Shown here: piece by piece, positions 1 to 14,157 of the stretch
Numbering within the stretch: position 1 is the first letter of the stretch
How the letters are laid out: each line of letters begins with the position of its first letter
DNA from: Geosiphon pyriformis uo1
Taxonomy: Eukaryota; Fungi; Glomeromycota
Assembly (NCBI GenBank): GCA_016748015.1
Contig: JAAOMT010000197.1
Coordinates: 220,388-284,387 of the forward strand
Length of the DNA: 64,000 bases
Direction of reading: 5' to 3'
The notes under the pieces: generated by a model
Told to the model about the DNA's origin: nothing
Databases searched by the model: none
The model's input: only the letters and a program-made list of their open reading frames with translations
Program-made: the position numbers and the translations under genes

Positions 1-106
1 ACGAAAAGAATACATAGCAGATATCTACAAGGTAAAAGAGTGTTGAGATGCGAAGCTGCTAAAGCTAGACGATCTTGTAGACTTGGTTTAAATAATTTTA
101 TGATCT

Positions 107-112
107 CACGTG
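107..112. promoter_or_regulatory. E-box CACGTG about 100 bp upstream of the RPL20 start
   Basis: TCACGTG at 106-112; the same hexamer recurs upstream of three other genes in the window. Confidence 0.4.
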
Positions 113-208
113 TCAAAATAATGACATCACCATATTTTGCAGAATAAAATTTTTGAACCTTTAATCAATCGCTATTTCTCTCCTTGCTCGATTCTAAATT
201 CATAGACC

Positions 209-1362
209 ATGGGTAGAGTAAGTGTTCTGGAAAAGTTTTTGATTTAAAAAAGCTATTATTTTGCTTGGTTTTAGACTAGAAAAATTAAATGTAATAGATA
301 TTTTGGCATTGAGAAACGCAATATTTCCGGATATCCAAAAATATTTAGAGCTATAATATATGCCTGCTCATCTCTTGAATCCCTGCTTTACAGTTACACG
401 AATATCAGGTGGTTGGGCGAAAGCTCCCAAGCGCAAAAGTGCCAGTGCCTCGACTTTACCGAATGAGACTTTTCGCTCCAAATGAGGTGGTTGCAAAAAG
501 TCGCTTTTGGTATTTTCTAAAGAAGCTCAAGAAAGTAAAAAAGGCCGCTGGTGAACTTGTTTCTATTAATGAGGTGATTTACTTTTTCTAAAAAAAATTC
601 ATTTGATCCATTTCAAATAACCCAGCGCAAAAATCCAACATCCTTAATTCCTATTGAATAAATCGAGAGACTTTGACGATCTTGACTTCTCCAATATTCA
701 GCGACCTTTTGAGAAATAAAATTTTGTTCCATTTAAGTCAAGTAAAAATTTTTGACTCAGCAATTTGTTCAATTAATCTCTATCACAGATTTTCGAAAAG
801 AGGCCACTGCAAATTAAGAATTACGGTATTTGGCTCCGTTACGATTCCAGATCGGGAACGCATAATATGTACAAAGAATATAGAGAGCTGACAAGGTTAG
901 CAATTAGATTTTTTTGAAAACCACCACTTAATTTTGCTACTAATATTAACTTTTGGTCGAAATTTCATAAATACCGAAGAACTGATGCAGTCGAAGCATG
1001 CTGTTAGTATTTTCAATTGAGAAGCAAATTATTTTTCAAAGCTACAAACTTCACTTATAGATTTTTTGATATCCAAATCTTTTTAAACTTACAGATCAAG
1101 ATATGTCTTCCCGTCACCGTGCTCGATTTTCATCTATTCAAATTATCCGTGTTGGTGAATTGAAGACGGCAACGGTAAGTTTATTTGCAAATTTGAAAAA
1201 TTTTGCTTGAGCTCCAACTAAAATATCTATTTTAAATTTTAGGTCCGTCGCCCTTATATTAAACAACTTCTGACTCCTGCTCTCAAATTCCCTCTTCCAC
1301 ATCGTGTTGCGCGTGGGACTAAATCCACATTCTTGGGAAAACGTCCTTCAACCTTTTATTAA
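209..1362 (+). CDS. RPL20: 60S ribosomal protein L20 (eL20/L18a), 6 exons
   Basis: ATG 209 (MGR) then GTAAGT intron; exon 2 [12 protein letters not shown]...[22 protein letters not shown]; later exons [43 protein letters not shown]...KRPSTFY*. Confidence 0.97.
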
Positions 1363-1684
1363 TTTTTTTTATCATCAATAAATGATTATCGCGCTATGAG
1401 GTAACAAAAATACATAAGATAACGGTTATCATATGAGATGGTCAAATAAAATCTTGGTGGCTTGTCCTACTTGGAACGTAATATATATGGGCAAAATTCT
1501 ATTTTTATTTAAATATCAACTTTATCATACAAAATTTATACAAAAAAGAGAAACAAAGATCAAGCTGTGAAAGGCCAAAAAGGAAAACATTAAGGAAAGA
1601 TAAAGTTCATTTTGAAAGAATGACCAAAGGCAACTGATCTATGGTCTACTTTTGGGGATGGTTTTTATGCAATTAAATTCCTCG

Positions 1685-4600
1685 TTACTCGCCTGGTATT
1701 TCAAAATAATGTCGGAATATGCTTTCGTTTTTCAAAGATTCCTTCTCTACGATCACATAATACACATGAAGTAACAATTTGGGGAATCGGGAGGTGAAAT
1801 AAAACAGGAAACCTCCGGGAACCTCACCCAAAGATTTTTTCACGTGCTCGGGAAGATCTTGATAGTGATGTTTCTACCAAAGGAAGACAGCCGAATTAAT
1901 TTTCAAAGATCTTTTCTATACACTTATAAAGATTTTCTGATTGACAAACCTTGTTTCTTAGGGCTCGCAATAAATCTCGAACCCTAGACCCATCATATTT
2001 TCGATATTTTCCTAGATTCTCTACGAGAATTCGATCAATACGTCTATACCAATCAGGACCAATTATATTAATAGCGTCTCTTTCAAGGCGTTGAAGTAGA
2101 GGTGAAGGAGGATCACGTTCCTCAACCTCAAATCGATCCGAGGCATCTTGTAAAAAGGCCAATCGTTTTGAAGGTGACCAAAAATATGGATGTATCATCA
2201 CAGTTGAAGCCCTCGGCCTTATTTATTCATGTAGATGATTAAGCTATGAATCATTGAAAATTCATGCACGATCAACAAAAATAAAGCTTACCTCTTCTTC
2301 GGGTCTCGTTCAATCATTCGTTCAATCAAATTCCGTGCTTCTACACCTTCCTCTCCCATATCATTTAATTTATTTAATTCATAAACCCCTTTTAATATAT
2401 TCACTTCTCTTGAATATCGATCACCGAAAGGATGATCACCATTTGATAAAACATAATAAAACAAACAGCCCGTAGAAAAAATGTCAATGGCTTTTGTAAC
2501 TCGACGAGGTTGTCCACTATTACCATGGTCAGAGCCGGATGATGATGTGAATGAATTATCGTTTATGCGATCCACTGATGTCCAAACATCTTCTGGAGTT
2601 GTGGTGGTATTGAATTCGTCCGACGGTGATGATAATGATGGTGATAATAATTCTGGTGCTCTCCATCCAATCGTTCCACCAGCATTGTTTGTAGTATTGT
2701 GAAAACTACTTGTATCTCCCTCTAATTTTTTACATAATCCGAAATCGGAAATTAAAACTCTCGCGACACTAGGTTGCATACTTCCATCTTTTCGTCTTTT
2801 GTATTTTGAGGATGCTATTAAAATGTTCTGCGGTTTAATGTCTCGATGAACTATCTTCATTGAATGTAAATGATGCAGACCACATATAATTTGGTAAAGT
2901 ATCTTTGGTGTATCAAGAGTTTCCAGGAGTTCTGCGTATCGAAATGAAGATCCTCTTTCTATTACATCGTATAATGAAGCGGGACATAGCTCAAGAGCGA
3001 TATATAAAAATCGATCGCATTGCTCTTTACAATAGTAGCGTATAACATTCGGGTGATCATCACTCTCTTGAAGTAATGATACTTCATGATAGGCTATGTC
3101 ATAGAAATCGAGTAGAAGACGTTTAACGGCAACATCACGACCTTCGAAGGTTCCTTGATAAACGATGGTACCATGACTTCCGTAACCTTGAAAAGATTAT
3201 ATTAAGCCTATGAATGATGTAATAAAATACTAAATTTGAATAATTTCATATGTTTGATACCTAATATTGTATCGGATACAACAAGGGAATTCAATCGAAG
3301 TTCTCCATTCGTGGAAGGTGAAAGTGTTGGCGTGCCTATATTAATAGCCTGTTCAGGATTACCGCTGATTGTAAAGACGGAGGTATTCTCGAAACCAACG
3401 GTTTTTGAAACACCATTAGCGTTTGGTGAAAGTGTCTTTAAAAGATTTGAGGCAACTTTTTCCCTTTCATCATCTTTTACCTCGACTTTCTTGGTGTTCA
3501 CTGTGGGTCCCTTTGAGCCTTTCTTTTTCTTTTTAGATTTACTATTCTCTGTTCCAGAAGAATCAAATATAACGGGATATTGTGTTGGTTTGTTTCTAGT
3601 AAATCCTGTGGCTAGGATTGCAATGGCTCTTTCAACCAAAGGATGACCACCATGCTTTTGTCTTCGATTATAATAAAATAGAGCACCAAAAATTCCAAAG
3701 ATTATCATCCATGATAAACCGGCCTGAACCAAGGTGCGAGGTTTTGCGATTTCGATATAGCGAAATGTAATTTGAGGAACAGGGCTATGATTGCCAGACT
3801 GCGAGCCAATAAGTGGTCTTTCAGTACTTCCCAATATATGATTACCGATTAAGCAAGTAGGATAGATCTCTGACCCAGGATGACAAAACTCTTTATCATC
3901 CCCCGAGATTTTAGATCTATCATTATGCTCATTCTTATTCAGTACATAATCATCATTGACAGAAGAGGAGCTTTGCGATGATTGTGATAACCCCATAAAA
4001 TGAGTCATCGGATAGTTTTCTGCTGACATGGCAAAAAGCGTACCATCGATACGGTCGATATATGCTGACATTAAGGGCGTTGATTGTAATTCATAAAGTC
4101 GTTTATAGTACTCTTTAGGAGGACGAGGTTGTCTAGCAATATGTAGCCCATTCGACAAATCTGATGTAGCTAAAACATCAAAGACACTTATGGCAGGTGA
4201 ATCAAACTTTTGATACCATACATGCTGACCTGAATAATGAGAGTCAATTCAAAGTTTTAACATCATTATAAAATGTTTAGAACAATCTTTAATATAAAAA
4301 ATCACCGTTTTCAGAATCTGTTGACAAAACCTCGCCGGTATGAGTGGAAGCAATATATAAACCATCGGGAGATGTTTTATAGTTCATTTCAACGTCAACA
4401 TCTAGACTATTAGGAACAAATTCATTATAAGTCACATTCCACATTGGCTTATTACTTTTACCATCAAAAATGGAAATTTTATAAGCTGCAGTTTTAAATT
4501 GAACAGGGATTAATCAGGATAATAATTCGAAAAAAAATCAAAAAATCATCGGAATGGAGTTACCATTTTTGCCTAAATACAAAGCATCTCTAGGTAATTT

Positions 4601-5482
4601 ACCCATCGATGGACATTCGTCTTCCCCTTCACTGTCAAAAGACTGAAGCATCTTGCCAGTTCGTGGGTCAACTGCAAAAAATTTTGTAGACTTGCTACCA
4701 ACAAAGACTTTTCCATCAACAGAGCGAAAGGGTGAAAGATTGACGAGTTGTTTAATCGAGAATGGAAATTTCTATTTTAAACAGCAATAATGATTCAATA
4801 ATAGATGGCATATAAAAATCAAACAATCTCTTTAAAACAACTTGATCAAAAAAAATTTTCAGAATCAAGCAAAGAAAATATATTAAAAGTCTTTTAAAAC
4901 TTCTACCTGTAAACCTGTTTTTGGAGAGAACATGTAAAGAATGCCATCATTTGTCGGCTCTACTATGTATGTCACTTGACCTAAATCTTCTTCCTCTTGT
5001 AATTTACCCAATTGAGAATTTTCTACAATATTCTCTTTTTCGTTCTCCTTTTGACTTTTCTCTTGTTGACTCTTACTTGAAGCGTCATTCTCGTCAACAT
5101 TATTGGTAATATTATTTTGAATATCTGAGCTATTACGCCCCGAAGTTTTAATTAAGGGGCCTTCAGCAACCCCGTCTAAGCTCCAGAGAATTTGCCCACT
5201 ATATCGGTCGACACCGTGTAGGTCTCCATCTAAGGTGGTAATCAAAACCAATGGTGTTGAGCGGAGCTCTCGTATTTTTTGCTTAGAACCAGGAAAGGCG
5301 TTAGCAACGTTGAAAAGTCTTTTCACATGCTGCTGACGAGCCAAAGGGATGAGTTCCTTGGAATTATTTGGGTCAGACTTAGCATATGATAGTCTAACTA
5401 ATAGAAAGACCAAACATATGATAAGGGTCAATACAAAGGAGCGTCTTCGAAAAATTTCAGAAGCGAACTCGCGATGCCTCAT
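1685..5482 (-). CDS. IRE1: ER stress sensor kinase/endoribonuclease Ire1
   Basis: N-terminal hydrophobic signal; luminal motif TLDGDLHGVDRYSGQILW; TM segment GLSWMIIFGIFGALFYY; kinase motifs HRDIKPQNIL, DFGLCKKL, GTIGWRAPE; KEN RNase domain (FLQDASDRFE, RDLLRALRNK); stop at 1685-1687. Confidence 0.97.
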
Positions 5483-5799
5483 TTTAAAGAATTAATAAGA
5501 ACTCCTTTAACTATTAAAAAGAACACAAATTTTCAAACAACAGTTTCAGGAAAGACAGGACATCCAGAAGATAGCAATTCCTCTCTTTCTAATCGTAACC
5601 TGTGGAAATTCACACAATACTTGATAAGTTAAAAGAATATAGGTGATAGTTACATAGCTCAGAAAATCGTTAAATCAAACATGTATATCATTATAAATAG
5701 AACAATAATTCGAATCCCACCTATGCTAACAACTACTTTTAACAACTCGGGATTTGGATGTTCTTGTCGTTTGTATTTTTTGAAAGAGAACTTTACAAC

Positions 5800-6385
5800 A
5801 TGACATTATCAGAAACTCTTTACGAGCAGATTCTTACAAACCCTTTGAATTGGTGTCTTACAGCATTTCTTATATATGTTGTTCACACATATTTCACACC
5901 TGCTCCTTATCAACTTCCAGTTAGCAAGCACCCAGAAACAACAGTATTCAGAGAATATACACCCAAACAACTAAGTGAACATGACGGACGAACTCACCAA
6001 ACAAAAATATACATGGGTATATGTGGAAAAGTCTATGATGTGACCAAAGGACGTAACTTTTATGGACCTGGTTGGTTTTTAATTTTTTCTGCCTTGATGG
6101 AATGACTAGTTTTGAATTTAATTGATTTTTTTTCTTCAAGATGGCCCTTATGGAAATTTTGCTGGGCGAGATGCTTCTCGGGGTCTTGCCAAAAATTCTT
6201 TTGATCTTGAAATGCTCACTCCCGTAGATCAACCAATTGATACGTTGGAGGATTTGTCAAAAGAAGAACAAACTAGTCTTAGAGATTGGCATGGTCATTT
6301 TGAATCAAAGTATGAATGTGTTGGAAAATTGGTTAATGAAGAGAGAAGTCCGGTTAACCCCAGCTTTCAGTGGTCCGGAAAATAA
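5800..6385 (+). CDS. DAP1: Cytochrome b5-like heme/steroid-binding protein (Dap1/PGRMC1 family), 2 exons
   Basis: N-terminal TM; VYDVTKGRNFYGP|DGPYGNFAGRDASRGLAK...DWHGHFESKY; intron about 6071-6140. Confidence 0.92.
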
Positions 6386-6479
6386 AAGATTTGAAAATTT
6401 GTGTGACACAATATTTATTGGGATGGAATCCTGGATGTTTCCACCTTTCATTATAGTAAATATTTACATCTGCCATTAA

Positions 6480-7290
6480 AAACATTATTTTTGGTTTTTT
6501 ATTAAATAAAATAAAAAGTTTAAGTTAATAAAGATGATATTATTATTATTATTACAAAATTCAAATAAATATCACAAAGCCTTAAAAACCAATTATAATA
6601 TTTGATAAAAAACATGCATAATATAAAAAACTATTTTGTTTAAAAATAAAAGTTCATTATATTAAAAGTTTATTATATATTATTAAAATAAATTATTTAA
6701 ACTTAATTGGTTTTGACAAACTTTTATAATAAAATTTTGCATAATTAAACATAATAATAAAAATACTAAAAAAAATTGTATTAAAATTTTTTTTAAATGT
6801 GAAATAATTATTTTTAATTGATTAATTAATATTTTTTAATAATATTTTATTTTTTTAAAACTATTAATTAACAAATTTAATTTTCTTAATATTAATTTGT
6901 AAATTTTTTATATTAGAATTAACTTTGTTATATTTATTAATACAATTTTTAGAAAAAATAACAAATTTAATAAAAAATAAATTTAAATAGGTAAATAATT
7001 TTAGTATTACATTAAAGATGAATTTTAATTTTTAATTTATTATTAATATTATTAATATTTCTAAAATATTAAAAGTTTGTAAAATTATTAATTAAATATA
7101 AATAAAATATGTTTTAATAAGTTTTTATACATTAAACAAAAAAAAATCTGTTGACCATTGATTTTTAAATTAATCTCATTGTTTTTCATTTTATGAAATC
7201 TGCATTATTAATTTCTTGCATTGAATTTTCTATTTCTTAAAAACTTTAATTAATTCCCAAAATATTTAAATATTAACAACTATCTTAATC
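6480..7290. other. Extremely A+T-rich intergenic tract
   Basis: Almost no G/C, no ORFs. Confidence 0.85.
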
Positions 7291-7837
7291 ATTCGCCCTC
7301 AAGTTAATAATTTTTTCTGTGTACTCAGGAAAACGGTGCTTTAAAGTAGTTCAATTAAACAAAATGATTTCTATGAACACTATAGATAAAAAAGCTTTGA
7401 TATCAATTGGACCAAGTCAATATAGGAATACAAGATGGTTATTAGACTGATAACCTCCCACGTTAATCTTGGGAAACCAATTACTAATCCATTAAATCAA
7501 AGTTCATCCTTTTACAAACAAGCCTAATGTAACTTAGAATCCCAGTATACAGAATCGCACGAATGGCTGGACAATATGCGGAAATCCACAGAAAATTTAT
7601 GAGAGTAAAAAAATTTTACATTCAGAGGGGATAATGTTAATGGATTGATACATTATGGAAAAACGGAAAAGAATCCATCAAGCCCTATTTAGACTTGCAA
7701 GTTATTTTCGAATAAAAAAATATGATTAAAGATGAAAAACAAATGCATGTTGATCAATTGGCTTCCGGCTGACGCCGAAATTACCATATATAAGACGAAA
7801 GCCTGTGAAAAGGTGAATTCTTGGATCTTACCAAGAA

Positions 7838-9900
7838 ATGTTCGGGCGCCTTACAAATTTGTGCCGAGGGCAGATCTTACGGGCAAAAACTTGGTCTTTT
7901 GCGGCAGAACAATCGTCACGCATTGGTGTAAATCGTTTGAAGGCTGGTTATGCAACTGGACGGCCAAAACCAAAACGTTATCATGATGAGTACATGGTTA
8001 CCACAACCTCCGAGGGTGCTCGAAGAGAACCAGGAAACGAAGAAACATTATTTGGTAAGATAAATCAACACTTGCTGATTGTCTACGTTTGGCCTTTTTA
8101 TTGTCATTAACCAGTAGCAGCTTCTTTTTTAAGCATCCATATTCTCGAATCAACGCCCACTATTGCGTAAGCTTTTCAATTGTTGAAAACGATGCTATAC
8201 ATTCTCTTTGCTAAGTATATCTTTCTATTAAAGCTTCCGACGATCCGCAAGAGCATGCACCTGAAACCTACACAATAAATTTTGGGCCACAACATCCCGC
8301 TGCTCATGGAGTTTTGCGTTTAATTTTAGAGCTTAAGGGCGAAGTAATTGTTCGTGCAGACCCCCACATTGGTCTCCTTCACCGTGGAACAGAAAAGCTT
8401 ATTGAATATAAAACTTACCTTCAAGCACTTCCTTATTTTGATCGTTTGGATTATGTTTCTATGATGACCAATGAACAAGCTTATTCACTTGCAGTTGAAA
8501 AACTTTTGAATATTGAGATCCCTGAACGTGCTAAATATATTCGGACCCTATTCGCAGAGATTACTAGAGTTTTGAACCACATTATGGCACTTATGTCACA
8601 TGCACTCGGTGAGTTTACTGAAAAGACCGAGTTTTCCTAATTCTTTAAAAGTCGTCCACTGATTTCAACAAAATATAATTTCTACTTAGATATCGGTGCA
8701 TTGACACCTTTCCTGTGGATGTTTGAAGAACGTGAAAAAGTAATCAGATTTTGAACTTAAGCACACATATAAATATATATTCCGAAACTTAATTGTACAC
8801 TTTTTAAAGTTAATGGAATTTTACGAACGAGTATCAGGAGCACGAATGCATGCAGCATACGTGCGTCCCGGGGGTGTAGCTCAGGATATGCCATTAGGTT
8901 TGATGGAGGATATTTATCAATGGGCAACACAATATTCTGCGCGCATCGATGAAACTGAAGAACTTTTGACTCGAAATCGTATTTGGAAAGCGCGTACTAT
9001 TGGGATTGGTGTAGTCACGGTGCAGGAAGCTTTGGATTACAGCTTTTCAGGAGTAATGTTGCGTGGGTCTGGTGTCAAATGGGATATTCGTAAAGTTCAA
9101 CCATATGATGCCTATGACAAAGTTGAATTCGATGTTCCAGTTGGCACAAATGGTGATTCATACGACCGTTACCTTTGTCGAATCGAAGAGATGCGTCAAT
9201 CACTCAGAATAATTTACCAATGCCTGAATCTTATGCCCCCTGGTCCTATCAAAGTTGATGATTGGAAAATATCTCCGCCCAATCGATCTTCAATGAAAGA
9301 ATCAATGGAAGCCTTGATTCACCATTTCAAATTATATTCTGAAGGCTATTCTGTTCCAGCTGGAGAGACATATACCGTAATTGAAGCTCCTAAAGGAGAA
9401 TTTGGCGTTTACCTTGTGTCGGACGGTGTGTGATTATATTCATCTTTGAATGACTGATATTCTTATTGATAGAAAGCTAATACTATTATCTTTAGGCACA
9501 AATCGCCCATACCGTTGCAAAATTCGGGCTCCTGGATTTGCTCATCTTGCTGGGACAGATTTTATGGCTCGTGGCCATGTCATTCCAGATGTGGTGGCTA
9601 GTACGTTAAAGTCCTGATTTTTTTCTAAATCTAATTAACTACCGACCACATTAGAACAATTTTTTTTTGAATTTTAGTAATTGGAACTTTGGACATAGTG
9701 TTTGGTGAAGTGGGTGAGTAATAATTTCACTTTCATCAAAAGGCAAAAAAAAACTCCCGGTTAATATCGATTCAAACCTGATAAGTGATAAACCAAGGCT
9801 ATGATACATAATCCGTTTGAATTTCGGAAGTAATTTAAGATTAACAACCCTTGGTTTCAAGTTTTACTAAAAAAATTTCGATATATTTGTAGATCGATAA
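7838..9900 (+). CDS. NDUFS2: NADH:ubiquinone oxidoreductase 49 kDa subunit (nuclear-encoded Nad7) with mitochondrial presequence
   Basis: [51 protein letters not shown]; C-terminus [10 protein letters not shown]|DR* with an 8-nt last coding exon at 9893-9900. Confidence 0.97.
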
Positions 9901-10303
9901 AATTATCTCTTTCCACATCTCTACTTTTGCTTAGCTTCAAAGGTGATAAAAATTCTCTCCGACGTATATCGATTATTTATATTGGCAAAGTTTATCATGA
10001 AAAATTTTACTGGGAGCAGGCAGATATGATCGGCCTATATGAAGAGGTATTTTCAGCCGAGTTTTTCTTTAATTTACATGTCGGCAAAATGAGAGTCCAA
10101 GATTCATATTTCCGTCATATTTTTTTAGAAAGTGAACCGAAGATAAAGATGCTGAAAACTGTCTCGAGGAAGTTGCTGATCATTGGAATTCTTTTTTGTT
10201 CCAAGTTTTTGACTAGTTAGCCTTTTGCTGCCAACATCATTTCAAAATATTTAGCCTAATCAACTAATGGCCTATTATATTCGTGTCAGTACTACTGAGT
10301 TAC

Positions 10304-12059
10304 TTAGTAGACACCTGGTATGAAAATATAAGGAACGTTTTTGCAATATTCTTGCCAGTCCTTTCCGTATTTCTTTGCGCATCTTTCCATATCTCTTGTT
10401 ACGCGATGCACGAGAACAATCACAAAAAATACCGGATAAAAGAACGGAATGATTGTATGGAAACCAGTAATGAAAGCCCAAGCGAACGCCATCATTAAAT
10501 CAGCGGTGTAATGAATTTTCCGTGCAATGCCCCACCATCCACTGGTAAGCAAAAGATTCCCATGTGTCGTTTTAATAAAAGTTGGATTTTTTAGGGTGCC
10601 CCATGGAAGTTGTGGAAAAGTTTTACGTGGAATATAAGTACCGTTGGTGATCATTCTAAAACGATTTTTTTGAGAATTGGCGGTGTCCCTAATATGAAAA
10701 CTGACCTCAATACCGATTACCCAGGTAAGTGTTAATCATCCATTCATTTTAAAAATCCTACCAGATATAATATCCTCCTAATAAAAGGGCATAGCAAAAT
10801 ATCGTCCAAGATAAGGAATGATCAAGTGGGGCCCCATTTTCTACACTTGAAAAGTGTATATATAAGGTTGAATAGCAATAGGTAAAGGGGACTAAAAAAG
10901 GTTACAAATTCTGAGTGGTTTCCCATCTAGTAGAAAAATCGATAAAGCTTGAATTTCAGCTCTTTAGAGGAAAAACTCACCTCCCGCGTAATTCCAAAAT
11001 ATAAGCATATATCCAAACTAATCACACCCATCAAAATTGTTGAATGCTAGATTTTCAATATTTACAATAAACCGATTACCCAGAAATCACTTTACCTTCT
11101 CATAAGTCATATCCCATGTAGTCGGGATGCACTCCTCTCCTTTCATACATGCATTTACATATAGAAAATGAGCAAGAACCATAAAAGTCATAGAAGGAGA
11201 AAGATTTCCAAATAATTGATATTCTTTGATGGCTGCCGATACTGATATATAAAACAGAATGACCTGAATGTAGGATGTTACTAAGTTTATTCAATCTTAT
11301 GAATTGGTTGATCAAGAGCCAAAGGTCAGAGACTAAATAAATTACCCACGGCACGCGAATTTCTGCAAACATTTTCAAGTCAACCCTGCCAAGGCGCGGG
11401 TTGAGCGCTGCACCCATAAAAAGGTCGTACGCGAGATATCCAGACATTCTGTACTGATTTCCTTGAATAATGGTAATACTATAAACCGCAATGGTGATAA
11501 CAAAACCTGATATAATGCTCACGGTCATTAAAGGACCAAAATGATCAATTATATCTGTTAGGGGGAACCAACCAAAGTGGTTTAATATGTAGGAGGCGAC
11601 AAGGGTGGTATACCAACACGTCACACCGTTACATATGTATTCAAGTTTCTTTCCCTTCAGAGCAGAAACTGGAGCTCCTAATACAATAGGTCCTGGCATA
11701 CTGAAAGCGAGGAAAAGTTCAAATAGACAAAAAAGTACATAAATTTTGGTCGCGTACCAAGTTGGGGTGGCACCTTCGATAACAAGCTTCCAAAGCTCAG
11801 GGTTGAAAGGTGAGATCACTTGGCCATGATAAAATTGAAGGCAACCCCACATATAAAACATGAGCAAAGGGAAGCCCAACATCATAGCAGTGACACCCCA
11901 GGGTCCCCCGAATTCGAAAACGATTTCAGAGTCGAGTTTTTCATCGAGTTTATCATCGATTTTATTAAGATTTTTTAATACAACAGGTTTAGTATAATTT
12001 TTTGAATTCGGGGCGATCTCACTTATAACTTGTGCAGCCGCTGTTGCAGCACGTTCCAT
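10304..12059 (-). CDS. ERG4: Sterol C-24(28) reductase (ERG4/ERG24 family, ERG4-type)
   Basis: EFGGPWGVTAMMLGFPLLMFYMW, FMGAALNPRLG.VDLKMFAEIR, LLTSGWWGIARKIHY, RCAKKYGKDWQEYCKNVPYIFIPGVY. Confidence 0.9.
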
Positions 12060-12368
12060 TTGAAGTTATATGAGAGAAGCTCACTGTCTTCAAAACTAAA
12101 ATTTAACAAAAGTTTTATGAAAAAATTCAATTTTCCGATTATTATCCATCTTAAACACACTATCTTATAATGATTTCTCGCCTACGCCTTAAATTTCCTT
12201 TTTTTGAAAAGGCATTCATTTACGGGGTCTCTTGGCATTTTCTACTTTAAACAAACAGATCTACAAGCTGCATGTATTATTGATTCATAATATGATATCA
12301 TTCTCAAATATACTATATTAAAATTTCTGATAGAATTTATATTAATCTTTCACCTTTTCGATTTATGA

Positions 12369-14120
12369 TTACAAATTTTTTATAAATCTAATTTTACCAT
12401 CTTTATCAAGTTCAGTCTCTATGCGGGCGTCTCGAAGCACTTCATTTTGAACAGCATTTACCGGAGCAAGTTCATTGATCAACTTTTGATTTTCAATATT
12501 TCCTTGTAGTAAATTACGAATGGCAAAGATTGCATGTTCTCGTATATCTGCAACAATTTTTAATATAAATTATTATTTTATAGAAATCAAGAAGCTCAAC
12601 ATACTTACAAGGATTATTATCATCGATATTACACTGATTCAAGATTAATTGAATACCTCCCAATCTTCTGACCTATATCCAAAAATAAGCTTTATTACGC
12701 CAAATAAAACACGAATCTAAAGTTTCAAACGCCTCTTCAAACAAACCTCATCTTGGACTAGTTGATTTTCATAAGCCATATTACCAATCACTTTGACAAT
12801 ATCACGTTTGATGTAACATAATCCTTTTTTATACTGTGAAGTCTGGTCGACTGGAGTTGATTGGGATCTAGTGACACGAGTCAGTGTTAAATCGGCTTGT
12901 TGTAATAAGGCTAAATTTAAAATTAATTTCATCATTTATGAATTTAAAAGTTTTTCCTTCAATATAATTTCAAAAAATTATATTTTGAAATACCTATACA
13001 GTTGGGGATTACACCCTCCTTAAATAGAGAAACACGTAATTTGTTATCCCCAACCTGAATCAAATTTCCAATCGATTGAAGTAAAAGTACTATTCCAGTA
13101 TTTAGCAACACCATATCTTCTTCCTTTGGCAATCCAGACTCGATATAATTTTGATTTCCATTATTTGGCTGCATTGAGAATATTACTACTGGTGAAAAAA
13201 TATTTAATAAATTAACAAGGTAGATGCATGAGTCGAACGGAATAGCAGGTGAGGTCATGTGAGCACTCTTTGAAATCAAATAAAGCTTAGAATCCAGCAA
13301 TTTTAAAAGTGTAATTTGATGGTAGGTTATATTTGGTCTAGGATATAAGAAATTATTTGAGCGTTATACAACCTAATGAAACCAATCAAGTATCAGGATA
13401 AATAGTTCAAATTAAGAAAAGATTTAATTACCGGTTTGATGATGGATTTAAAGCTTTGAAAAGTGAAGGAAATAGATTGATGTCAATCAATCGGGAAATG
13501 ACGCTATATCTAAGGCATAATTGAATTTATGTTTAAAGACTTCGAAAAACACCTTTTGCAGAGAAAATTTTTAAAAAAAACTCATACATTAATTCAAAAC
13601 ATTTCGACTTTTCATCTTCAATACGCTTTTCAGCTTCATTCAATAAAATTTTTAAAAGTCGCAATCCAACTTTTGACTCAACTAAAAATTTACTGAAATA
13701 ATTGGATTAAAGAAATGCAATATCGAGAGTTGGTAGATTTTGAAGAAAAGATCAATAGTAAAGGATTACCTGCGTTCTTCACTTTCGTGTATACATTGAT
13801 AAATAAGAACTAAGGTGCTCAATAAAGTCTCGTCATCGCCCGAAGATACTAGAATACTTGGAATTTTAATTTTCAAAAAGTCACCTAAAGATTATATATA
13901 GCAATTCTTGGCGATTTCAAAGCCTTCTTTTAAGAATTCTGTTATAGCTTACCAGAGAATATTTCCAGATTCACAATCGGCCATATATTCTTCCCAAAGT
14001 TTGCCTTGGATAAATGAGTTTGCCGTTAAAATATTTGACAAAGCCTGTGACCCTGATCTTAGAATAGCCACCACTAATTCAACAAAGAAATTAATGTTGA
14101 GATCCTTTAATTAAAAGCTT

Positions 14121-14157
<37 letters not shown>

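Noticed and set aside
5800-12059. Sterol biosynthetic gene cluster (DAP1 plus ERG4)
   Set aside because: Only two genes, separated by NDUFS2 and an AT tract; insufficient without synteny evidence
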